NCBI GenBank assembly: GCA_018817165.1
Contig: JAHITY010000005.1
Location: 1-59,155, forward strand
Length of the DNA: 59,155 nt
Direction of reading: 5' to 3'
Source: Candidatus Omnitrophota bacterium
GTDB taxonomy: Bacteria; Omnitrophota; Gorgyraeia; B26-G9
Positions 51,023 to 59,155 of the stretch are shown one piece after another. Numbering within the stretch: position 1 is the stretch's first letter; the number at the start of each line of letters is the position of its first letter. The translations under genes were made by a program, and so were the position numbers. A model generated the notes under the pieces. That model did no database searches. It saw nothing but the letters and a program-made list of their open reading frames with translations, and was not told the DNA's origin.

Positions 51023-54000
51023 ATGTATGACCAAACAGGAAAACTGTGGTTTAAAATCATCGCGTTTATTGTGCTGGAAGCATTTCTATTTACAATTGCT
51101 GATGTTTCTTGGGCAGCTAATTATCGCGATCAGCGCGGCTCGCAGCAAATGGCGCTTGATTCTCAGAAAAATAAAAAAGAGAAAGATAATGTATCGGCTG
51201 ATGCTCTGAGCAATCAGTTGGTGCTTACCCAGCCGGCAATGCCTTATATGGGTTTTGGTCAAATTACCCCTCAAGGACAACAGGGATTAGAATCAATATC
51301 TTTAATTGATACAACGATTTCTGGTCTTTCAATTGCGGGTAATGATTTATCCGATATTTTTACAACGCTTAAGAGTTCGGGATGTTCAGTCAGTGAAGCT
51401 GGCTTTGGCGCGATGCGGCAAGGTTTTGCTAAAAAAGAAATATATCATGCCTTGATCAGCGCGGGATATGATAAAGATGAAGTTAAAACATTGCTGGGCA
51501 GTTTACTGAAAATGGAATCAGAAACAAAAAAACAAGATGAAGCAGCTGTTCAAACAAAGACCGGACCTCCCCAAGAACAGTCGGAACAGGATAAGACTCA
51601 GCTTAATCAAAAAAAGGCAATATTTGAAATCCCCAGTGTAACTGACCTTCCGATTGAAAAAGATGTGACAAAAATTGTAGAAAAAACAGTTCAACAAGGC
51701 GCAGTGCTTCGCCAAACAGTTGAATTTGTTCGTTTAATGATAAATGAAGGAAAACGCGGTAAAGAGCTTATAAAAATTCTTAAAAAAGCTGGACTAAGCA
51801 ATGAAAGAATCACTACAGCGCTCTCCCAATTAGGCTTTAATCTTAAAGATATCATAACTATATTAAAAGATTCAAATATTAGCTGCACGGATATAGTGCA
51901 GGCAATATATAATTCGCAAGTTAACTACAGTGATAAAGACATTTATACCGCATTATTAAAAGCCGGATTTTCCGATCAAGAAATAATTAATGCTTTAAGA
52001 AACGTGGGGATGAATGCCGCAGATATTTTAAAACTGACAACCGAGCTTGGCCGAAGTATGACGCAAGTTGCTGACGCAATGGTAAAAGCAGGATTTAATG
52101 TCGCTGAAATTGCCACTGCCTATGTGCTTAAGGCTATGCAGTGGACATGGGATAATTCAGTTAATGTTATAAATTGCGCGGTCAAAGCTTTTGACGCTTT
52201 TCTTAACAATGTCGGAAGGAAATTCTCTTCAAAACAAGATTTAGCATATGAGCTGATAGTTGATGATATTCTAGCAACCGGAGAAGTCCTGATTCAGAAT
52301 CAAGATGTTATGACCTCAATGGTCGCGATTAAGAATGTTGCCCAGAATCATGGTATTGATTTAGAGGGATATAATCTCAGCCTTAATAGTTTGCTGGAAC
52401 TTGAGGGTGTATCAGTAGTGCATTTGGATGGAGATCACTGGGTTACTTTAGTTGGTATTGATGGTGATCAGGTTACGATTATTGATAATGGCACAGAAGA
52501 AGTTATTTCACTTAGTGAATTTCAGATTCGCTGGGATGGAAATGTTTTAGCTTTTAATCAGCAGGAAATTAGTCAGGATAAATTGATTGATCTGCAGATG
52601 CGCGAGATTCGTGGCGGCAGGGGATTGCTGAGTGTTCTTACTTTAGGTCTTAGTGATGTAGTAGAAAAAGTAGTAGACGTCGTAGTTGATGTGGTTAAGA
52701 AGGTGTGGGATGTTATTAAGGTAGTTGTCATCGTTGTTGTCGCTGCGGTATTAACTTATGTAACTGCCGGAGCTTTAGCTCCGGTTTTTGTCGCGGCTTT
52801 TGCAGCTACAACAGCTGTCGCTGTTGCTGCTTGTACTGCATTGGCAGCTGCTGTTGCCAGCTTTGCCGTAACTTTTTGTATGGGAGTACTTCAAGGACAA
52901 TCATTTGGTGAGGCATTTAAAAGCGCGCTTATTGCTGGTGTGGTTGCCGGGATTGCTTCGGGTATTAGTTCATATGCTAATTTTAGTTCACCAACAGGGA
53001 CCCCAACCACAACAGGAGGTACTTCTTTTGGTGGGTCTGAAGCAGCAGTATCTGGTACAACCGGAGGTGCAGGAGCAGGTGCAGGAGCAGGTGTGGGTGC
53101 AGCAACTGGTTCAGTAGCTAGTTCAGCTGGTGGCACAATCTTAGGTGTAAGCACGGTTTCAATTGCTAATGCAGCTATAAGCGCGGTTAAACAAACTGTT
53201 GTGAGTTATGCCTTGACTAAGTTAATGGATGCAGCAGGGATTGATAATGTTTATTTACGAGCAGGGATTGTTGGCGCGGCCGGAGCTTGGGCAGGTAGTT
53301 CTGCTGGAACACTGAGTGTTGAAAATGGCAGTTGGAGCATGGCAACTGGGGAATTAATGACCTCGGAAATTGCCAAGCAAATGCTCACCGGAGCAGCAAC
53401 TCAAATTTCCATGGAAGCAATCAAACAACAAGGTTATAAGCAGGGATGGGATCCATTACTCACTGATGGTTTATCTTTGACTGTCGGTACTTTTGCCAAT
53501 ATCGCAACCAGTTCAGCATTAGACATATATAATGGCAAAGAAATAAACACAACAAAATTTACTAATCCGGCTGGTGATCGTTTTGATACTAATTTTTCTA
53601 ATTTATTTGTACAGAACTTTAAGTCATCTGTTGGAGAACTAATGGGCGCGTTAGCATCCAAAGCAGTTGACCGGATATGCCTTCAAAATAATGTCGATCC
53701 AATATTGTCTGCCGGATTATCTTCGATGAGTACAAGTCTTTTTACCAGTTTGACCAACTTTGCAGTAAATGATAGTGATTTTGGGATGACTGATATTGGT
53801 AATGCTTTGAGAAAAGGGGCTGGCTCTGCCATGGATGCAGGGTATAAAGATTATTTGATCAGAGATTTAGGTTATACTCAAGCCGAAGCCACTCAGACGG
53901 CATATGGAACTTCTCTTGTATTCAATATGTTCAGTCAAAATTTAGAAAAGGGAACATCCCCAACTCTTGAAAGCACAATCCAGTCACTTTTCAATGATGG

Positions 54001-57000
54001 GGTCAAGAGCCTTGGTTTTACCAATGAATATAATGGTTCATCATATAATCAGACAAAGTACTTAGATACATTTGATTCAGAAATAGATACTCTGGAATAT
54101 ATGATGTATGCCAGTGATGCAGGAATTACTCTTGATGATAATGGGGTATATCGTAATTCTGATGGCAGTGAAAACACTTATATGAATCGCAATAAAGCGA
54201 GAACAGAATATAATCAGTATTGGAAAGAGAAAAACCCGGAAGTTTTTGATCGTTCCTCTGGTACTGCTACTGCATCAACCGGAAATTTAAGTTTCGCTGA
54301 TGCTTGGACAAAAACTCTGGATACGAGAAATCTGAGCAATATGGCCACTCAATCAGCGGCTAATTTTAGTTCAGGGGTAACTAATTTGCAGACTTCTCTT
54401 GATGTTATCAGTATTAATGCCGCGACGATGAACACCGGAGTAGCGGCGAGTTTTGGTTATAATGGGGTTATTCAATTATCCCTTGCACAGGGAACAAATG
54501 TAAACCCAGCACAAGCAATGCAAAATCTGCTTAATTATGGCCAAAATGCGACAAAGATATATGGCGCTAATGGTAAACAAATCGTCGGGCTTATGTTTGA
54601 AAATTCTGATGCTTTCTTTCGCAATAAGGCATCAGCTTATCAGGCTGTAGATACAAGTACTCCTTGGATTAGAAATCAAAGAGTATATACCAGTGATACA
54701 GCTTATAAAGATGTCGGAGTCCAGGCAAATAGTATTAAAGATTTAGTGTCAAATCAAAATCTTAGTCTGGTTTCCTACAGTACAAATAGTTTTCAAACTG
54801 ATTTGCTGTCCATGGCTGCAACAAGTTCATTTGCTGTTAATGGAAGTGTTGTTTATGATCAGTTAAACAATATTTTTATGCTCCAGAATGCGACATTTAC
54901 CTCAGATAGTAAACAGGAAACCGTTGATTTTTCAACTAAGCTGAGCAATGGAGATAAAGTTTATTTTAGCGTTCAAAGCGGTAATGGGTTTAATAATGCT
55001 GTATTAAAAACCAGCGCGGCAAAAGACGCCGCGGTATATACAACCCGGGTAGACGGTGTAGCCAAAGAATTAAAGATCGGCGATATTACTTCCAAGGCCA
55101 GCGATAAGGTTTCTTCATTAGAAGTCGCGCTTACTGTCAGCGCCAGTGGAAATTTGAATTTAGAAAGTGCATCATTAAAAGATGCGAATAAAATATTAGC
55201 TTCTGAAAATAAGCTTGCAGCAGAGATTATTAACTTGCCTTCAGGCTGTATTGTGGGAAATACAACCTTAGAGTTAGCAAATTCTACAAATGGCTTGGCA
55301 GTGACTGCGGTAGAAAATATTGATTCTAATCGGAGCATTAAGTATTCCGGAGAAGACGCGAAAATAACCAGTAAAGCCCAGTTTGTTTATAACCGAGATG
55401 GGAAAATAACCTCAATTGTAAATAAGGATATTTCTGGTAAGAATCTTGGTGTAGATATTCAGACTCAAAAAGGAAGTATTACCCTTTTTGATAATCAGAT
55501 TTCTTTTGCTAATCAAAATAATTCTTTATTAACAAATCTAGGTTCTTTTTTTGGTATGAGCAGCGCGGAAGAGTTTACAATAATTAAAGGAGAAGCATTA
55601 GCGGCTACTAATTATCAAATAATTAATTCTGTGGAACAACAGCAATCTGGAGCAGCCGGCGGAGCCGGAGAAGCCCCTGGTCTTAATAAAATAATCCTGA
55701 TTGGGGATGCTAATGGCAATCAATACATTCAACAAGGTTCGATGTTTACAATCGAAAATAATAATTGGGCGGTTAAAGATAATGATGTAATTCATAATAA
55801 TAGCGGTAAAACAATAACCGTTAGCGGCAAAGCATTTGAAAACGGTGAAATAGCTGCTGTTCATAAGGGTAATATTTTTAAAGCAACAGTTGCTGATGAT
55901 GTCAAGGACCGGGAAAATATTGAATATAAACTTGATGTTAGTGGTTTTAATCTTAATCCCTTGAATATTATACAAGTTGCAGATACAGTGGTTTCTCTGC
56001 CGATCGGAGTAATGAATGCAAACGATATTTATCTTACTGACTCCGGGGCATTAACAATTACTCAAAATATTGCTTTGCAGGGACCTGATGTAAAGGGATT
56101 ATACATATCAGCTGCAAATACTACTTTTACTCTTAACTCAGATGGCAATCAGGCTTTAAAAACTGAGTTCAGTCAGATTGGATTAAGCGGGACTTTGGAA
56201 AATCAAGGCGCGGCTGGTCTAAAAGTCGGCAGTAATCAGTTGATTGGGAATACCCAAGTAGTAGATAATAATCTTTCGACTACAACTGCTGAAAGTAATA
56301 AGATAAAAATCAATGTGACTGAGGATGCCTCTTATTATCAAGGCGGGCAAGTAACCCTGACCAATAGCGGCTTGGTTTATAAACCATCAGATATTCTGGA
56401 AATCACAGGATTGGGAAGCAGTGCTCCGAACTTTAATGCTAATACCGAACTTTACAGCGGATCCTTTGTCAGCGTGGGAAATCTTAAGCTCACCACAGAT
56501 GGCAGTTATAAAATAACTCAAAACAGTGTAATGACCACAAACGCAGACAGCAAAATTCTGATCACACTACTAAATCAATCTGGACAAAATGTCGATACTA
56601 TCATGAATCTCCAAGAAGTCAGCATTCCAGAAACCAATAAAACAGTAGAGTATTCTACTCCTGATTTTCAGAATTTTAGTGAAGCAACCGCGGGAATGAG
56701 TTTTAGTACACAGGGAATTGAGTTTACAATTCAGGATAAAGGATTAAATAAATTTGAAGCACGCAGTCAGCCAATATCTGCTGTTGCCGCCATTGAGTTG
56801 AAAAATAAAGATTCGATTTCCAGTAAGATTGATTTCAAAGAAAATGTCGAGTTGACAATCAGCCCATTGGGCAGCATTGTTACCGCGGATAATGTAACTT
56901 TTAATCAGGTTAATACTCTAAAATCCGGAGCAGAAGTAAAAGTTAATCAGGACAAGTCGGTTGAGATCGTTAGCGGCCAAATTAATTTGGCGAAAGCTGA

Positions 57001-59155
57001 TGCGCTTAAAGGTCAAAATAGTGTAGCCACAATCCAGCCTGATAAAAATAAAGAGCAGAATAAAAAAGATAATGATACAAAACCAGTATATGTCGGAGAA
57101 GCTAAAATTGATCTTTTAGGAAATAATAAATATGACTTATATGGAGATCTGAGTTTTAATAAAGATTCAGGGGTTTATTTAGCAGATAATACAAAAGTTA
57201 CTATTAACAATTTAGCGAAAGATGGCAAGGATTTTGTTAATATTGGTAATACTCGGGCTGTTGCAGGAACTTTTGGCGTAAGCCAGGGACAGATAACCGC
57301 GATAGCAGGCGGCGCGAAGCTTTTAGAGCATATTACCAAAAGCGGTGAATATATAACTTTAGAATATAAAGGAACAAAACAAGTATCCGGAAAATCAATA
57401 GATCAAGGCTGGAAGATCAATGCCAGTCAGGCAGCAATTGACAGCAAAGAATCCTGGTCTGGAACAATTCAAGGGCAGTCAGTAAATTATAGTTTAGCCA
57501 AAAAGAACAATGAGACAATCATCCAGATCAATAATGGCGCTGGAGTAGAATTAAAAAATCAAACCCTTATTGGGTATGGGAATCAAGAGTTAAAAAATGT
57601 AACAGTATTCGCCACTCAGAAATTAGCTAATGGAAATTTTGTTTATACGACTACAGATGAAAAAGCAATTGGCTTTCAGCAATTACAGAGTACATCAGCT
57701 GGTGGACCAGCCAGTCAGATGCTGGGCAAAACAATTGTTAGTATTTCCGATTCTTTTGATAATGGGCAGAGGATAAGAACATATGGCGCTCAGACAAATG
57801 GCGCATTTTGCTTAACTTTTACTGCTGATAAGGAACTGAAAGGAATCAATGTAGCAGAACAATTGGCCGGCAGTTCATTGGAAATAGTTGGCAGTGGAGC
57901 AAAAGTCAATGGTGAGACATTTTTAAAGGGAGCAATAAGTTATAACTGGAACGGCAAAGAGATCGCCAGCAGTTATAGCAAGGGCACAACACTATTAGAA
58001 GCAAATACGAGTTATGGTCAGGTAACTCGAGAATATTTAGGAGCAGACAGTTGGAAGTTTAATGCCAGCCAGTCGGCAATAGATAATAAAGCAGTATGGA
58101 AAGGAACATATAGAAATCAGTCTGTGGACTATAATGTAGCTGATAAAAATGGTGAGACCATAATCCAGATAAATAAAGGATTAGGCCTAAAAGTAGAGAA
58201 TCAGACTATTGTTGGTTATGGCAAACAGGAATTAAAAAATGTAGATGTAACTGTAACCCAGAAATTAGCCAATGGACAGTTTGTTTATACAACAACTGAT
58301 AAAGACGCGATTGGCTTACAGCAATTACAGAGCACATCAGCCGGCGGCGCGGCTAGTCAGATGCAAGGCCGGACAATTGCCAGTGTTTCTGATTCTTTAG
58401 TCGGTGGTAAAACAGTCAGAACCTATGGGGAGACTTCAGTAAAAAAAGATGGAATTAATTTTGCTCTGACTTTTACCGCAGATCAATATCTTAGTACTGC
58501 GGTTAATGTTTCAGAGCAATTAGCTGGAAGTTATTTAGAGATCGCGGGTAGCGGAGCAAAAATCCAAGGCAAAGATATAATCAGCGGATCAATTGATTAT
58601 GCGGCTAATGACAAGGGAGTGGTTGTCGGAACTTTTAGTCAAGGCTCTGAACAATATCAGGGGACAATAAAAGGTACTAATCTCAAGGTAATCAGTGTAT
58701 ATAATGGCACAGTCAATGGTGTGGACAAAGGTTGGACAATGCAGTATCAAGGCATTGGGGTGCTCAAAGAAGGCGCGGCTAAATTTGATGTCCAAATAAA
58801 TGGCAAAACATTTGAAGCAACTTTAGTCAGTAGTCAGGAAGGGTATTCTGCGCAGATTAATCAAAATGTTGGTATGAATAAGGATTTCGTGGATTCCGAA
58901 GGCGGCAAACATGGTGATGTAGAACTATTCGCCACCCAGCTTTTAGCCAGTGGTAATGTTGAATACATGGCAAAAGATAAGGGTAAGGGCGATTGGAAAC
59001 AGGAAATCACAGCAGGTGTTGCCGGTGCGCAGATAAAATATGAAGGTGCTAATAATCTGAGCGTTAAAGATCAGATAAATGCTGATGGCAAAACAATCAG
59101 AACATATACTGCAGCTAATGATGGTAATTTCCAAATAGTATTTGTCGCGGACAGA
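51023..59155 (+). CDS. giant surface-protein gene, 5' part only (2,711 codons, no stop before the window end)
   Basis: ATG 51023 preceded by SD aagggggagg (51006-51015). I read the frame codon by codon to base 59155 and found no stop; only short antisense or out-of-frame ORFs appear in the track here. Confidence 0.9.
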   Translation, partial: MYDQTGKLWFKIIAFIVLEAFLFTIADVSWAANYRDQRGSQQMALDSQKNKKEKDNVSADALSNQLVLTQPAMPYMGFGQITPQGQQGLESISLIDTTISGLSIAGNDLSDIFTTLKSSGCSVSEAGFGAMRQGFAKKEIYHALISAGYDKDEVKTLLGSLLKMESETKKQDEAAVQTKTGPPQEQSEQDKTQLNQKKAIFEIPSVTDLPIEKDVTKIVEKTVQQGAVLRQTVEFVRLMINEGKRGKELIKILKKAGLSNERITTALSQLGFNLKDIITILKDSNISCTDIVQAIYNSQVNYSDKDIYTALLKAGFSDQEIINALRNVGMNAADILKLTTELGRSMTQVADAMVKAGFNVAEIATAYVLKAMQWTWDNSVNVINCAVKAFDAFLNNVGRKFSSKQDLAYELIVDDILATGEVLIQNQDVMTSMVAIKNVAQNHGIDLEGYNLSLNSLLELEGVSVVHLDGDHWVTLVGIDGDQVTIIDNGTEEVISLSEFQIRWDGNVLAFNQQEISQDKLIDLQMREIRGGRGLLSVLTLGLSDVVEKVVDVVVDVVKKVWDVIKVVVIVVVAAVLTYVTAGALAPVFVAAFAATTAVAVAACTALAAAVASFAVTFCMGVLQGQSFGEAFKSALIAGVVAGIASGISSYANFSSPTGTPTTTGGTSFGGSEAAVSGTTGGAGAGAGAGVGAATGSVASSAGGTILGVSTVSIANAAISAVKQTVVSYALTKLMDAAGIDNVYLRAGIVGAAGAWAGSSAGTLSVENGSWSMATGELMTSEIAKQMLTGAATQISMEAIKQQGYKQGWDPLLTDGLSLTVGTFANIATSSALDIYNGKEINTTKFTNPAGDRFDTNFSNLFVQNFKSSVGELMGALASKAVDRICLQNNVDPILSAGLSSMSTSLFTSLTNFAVNDSDFGMTDIGNALRKGAGSAMDAGYKDYLIRDLGYTQAEATQTAYGTSLVFNMFSQNLEKGTSPTLESTIQSLFNDGVKSLGFTNEYNGSSYNQTKYLDTFDSEIDTLEYMMYASDAGITLDDNGVYRNSDGSENTYMNRNKARTEYNQYWKEKNPEVFDRSSGTATASTGNLSFADAWTKTLDTRNLSNMATQSAANFSSGVTNLQTSLDVISINAATMNTGVAASFGYNGVIQLSLAQGTNVNPAQAMQNLLNYGQNATKIYGANGKQIVGLMFENSDAFFRNKASAYQAVDTSTPWIRNQRVYTSDTAYKDVGVQANSIKDLVSNQNLSLVSYSTNSFQTDLLSMAATSSFAVNGSVVYDQLNNIFMLQNATFTSDSKQETVDFSTKLSNGDKVYFSVQSGNGFNNAVLKTSAAKDAAVYTTRVDGVAKELKIGDITSKASDKVSSLEVALTVSASGNLNLESASLKDANKILASENKLAAEIINLPSGCIVGNTTLELANSTNGLAVTAVENIDSNRSIKYSGEDAKITSKAQFVYNRDGKITSIVNKDISGKNLGVDIQTQKGSITLFDNQISFANQNNSLLTNLGSFFGMSSAEEFTIIKGEALAATNYQIINSVEQQQSGAAGGAGEAPGLNKIILIGDANGNQYIQQGSMFTIENNNWAVKDNDVIHNNSGKTITVSGKAFENGEIAAVHKGNIFKATVADDVKDRENIEYKLDVSGFNLNPLNIIQVADTVVSLPIGVMNANDIYLTDSGALTITQNIALQGPDVKGLYISAANTTFTLNSDGNQALKTEFSQIGLSGTLENQGAAGLKVGSNQLIGNTQVVDNNLSTTTAESNKIKINVTEDASYYQGGQVTLTNSGLVYKPSDILEITGLGSSAPNFNANTELYSGSFVSVGNLKLTTDGSYKITQNSVMTTNADSKILITLLNQSGQNVDTIMNLQEVSIPETNKTVEYSTPDFQNFSEATAGMSFSTQGIEFTIQDKGLNKFEARSQPISAVAAIELKNKDSISSKIDFKENVELTISPLGSIVTADNVTFNQVNTLKSGAEVKVNQDKSVEIVSGQINLAKADALKGQNSVATIQPDKNKEQNKKDNDTKPVYVGEAKIDLLGNNKYDLYGDLSFNKDSGVYLADNTKVTINNLAKDGKDFVNIGNTRAVAGTFGVSQGQITAIAGGAKLLEHITKSGEYITLEYKGTKQVSGKSIDQGWKINASQAAIDSKESWSGTIQGQSVNYSLAKKNNETIIQINNGAGVELKNQTLIGYGNQELKNVTVFATQKLANGNFVYTTTDEKAIGFQQLQSTSAGGPASQMLGKTIVSISDSFDNGQRIRTYGAQTNGAFCLTFTADKELKGINVAEQLAGSSLEIVGSGAKVNGETFLKGAISYNWNGKEIASSYSKGTTLLEANTSYGQVTREYLGADSWKFNASQSAIDNKAVWKGTYRNQSVDYNVADKNGETIIQINKGLGLKVENQTIVGYGKQELKNVDVTVTQKLANGQFVYTTTDKDAIGLQQLQSTSAGGAASQMQGRTIASVSDSLVGGKTVRTYGETSVKKDGINFALTFTADQYLSTAVNVSEQLAGSYLEIAGSGAKIQGKDIISGSIDYAANDKGVVVGTFSQGSEQYQGTIKGTNLKVISVYNGTVNGVDKGWTMQYQGIGVLKEGAAKFDVQINGKTFEATLVSSQEGYSAQINQNVGMNKDFVDSEGGKHGDVELFATQLLASGNVEYMAKDKGKGDWKQEITAGVAGAQIKYEGANNLSVKDQINADGKTIRTYTAANDGNFQIVFVADR
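51758..52132 (+). repeat. about nine contiguous 14-residue repeats within the giant ORF (aa 246-370)
   Basis: GKELIKILKKAGLS NERITTALSQLGFN LKDIITILKDSNIS ... DKDIYTALLKAGFS DQEIINALRNVGMN AADILKLTTELGRS MTQVADAMVKAGFN VAEIATAYVLKA. Confidence 0.8.
52136..52558 (+). other. C39-like papain-fold cysteine peptidase domain inside the giant ORF (aa 372-512)
   Basis: VINC(385)AVKAF ... VVHLDGDH(472)WVTLVGIDGDQVTIID(488)NG ... EFQIRWDGNVLAF. Cys-His spacing is 87 and His-Asp spacing is 16, as in bacteriocin-processing C39 domains. Confidence 0.6.
52715..52972 (+). other. cluster of ~3 predicted transmembrane helices inside the giant ORF (aa 565-650)
   Basis: IKVVVIVVVAAVLTYVTAGALAPVFVAAFAATTAVAVAACTALAAAVASFAVTFCMGVL...ALIAGVVAGIASGI. 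Confidence 0.6.
57340..59155 (+). repeat. tandem 214-227-aa repeats at the distal end of the visible giant ORF (at least 3 copies, continuing off the window)
   Basis: Equivalent Trp codons at 57410, 58052 and 58733. Shared blocks: WK(I/F)NASQ.AID, ETIIQIN, GYG.QELKNV, TQKLANG.FVYTTTD, LQQLQSTSAGG.ASQM, RTYG, LTFTAD, EQLAGS.LEI.GSGAK. Confidence 0.85.

Noticed and set aside
51027-51209. Track ORF of 60 aa starting 4 nt after the giant ORF ATG
   Set aside because: It is out of frame with, and entirely inside, the 2,711-codon open frame that has the proper SD. It is a short by-product ORF.
52891-53154. Minus-strand 87-aa Pro/Ala-rich ORF, and other minus-strand ORFs at 53434-53661, 54973-55338, 55598-55975, 58589-58795 and 58943-59134
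   Set aside because: All lie antisense to the giant + strand ORF. The Pro/Ala-rich one simply mirrors the Gly/Ala-coding tract. None has an RBS or a recognisable motif.

Overview
AT-rich bacterial chromosomal window, with all but three genes on the + strand. About 47 kb is core housekeeping: nagA-glmS, GTP-PEPCK, purC/purN, enolase, a membrane pyrophosphatase, tilS, lysS and ilvE. This part also holds four tRNAs (Val, Asp, initiator Met, CAT-anticodon Met/Ile2). Diderm envelope systems are present (AsmA-like, LolCE/LolD, MlaEFD, a lytic transglycosylase). They sit beside a block with Bacillus-like gene order: mcsA-mcsB-clpC ... radA-yacL-ispD-ispF-cysE-cysS. This mix would fit an uncultivated diderm lineage such as Omnitrophota, but that is a low-confidence inference. 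The last ~11.4 kb (47.75-59.16 kb) is the unusual part. A canonical sigma70 promoter and a ~280-nt structured leader come first; the leader has c-di-GMP-I (GEMM-I)-like motifs and a terminator-like T-run. Five co-directional genes follow: a small anchored protein, a PilZ c-di-GMP receptor, two secreted proteins made of a 14-residue helical repeat, and a giant ORF. The giant ORF starts at 51023 and runs stop-free through the last base of the window (2,711 codons). It is missing from the supplied ORF track, presumably because it has no stop codon. It encodes an N-terminal anchor, the same 14-residue repeats, a C39-like cysteine peptidase domain followed by a double-glycine-like motif, a transmembrane cluster, and more than 2,000 aa of Asn/Thr/Ser/Gly-rich sequence ending in tandem 214-227-aa repeats. 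Other observations include a ~125-nt palindromic intergenic element in three copies, heptamer-word inverted arrays at gene ends, and a T TTT TTA -1 frameshift site in a small membrane-protein gene. There is also a ~45-aa insertion in GlmS. No CRISPR arrays, rRNA genes or recognisable transposases or integrases were seen.
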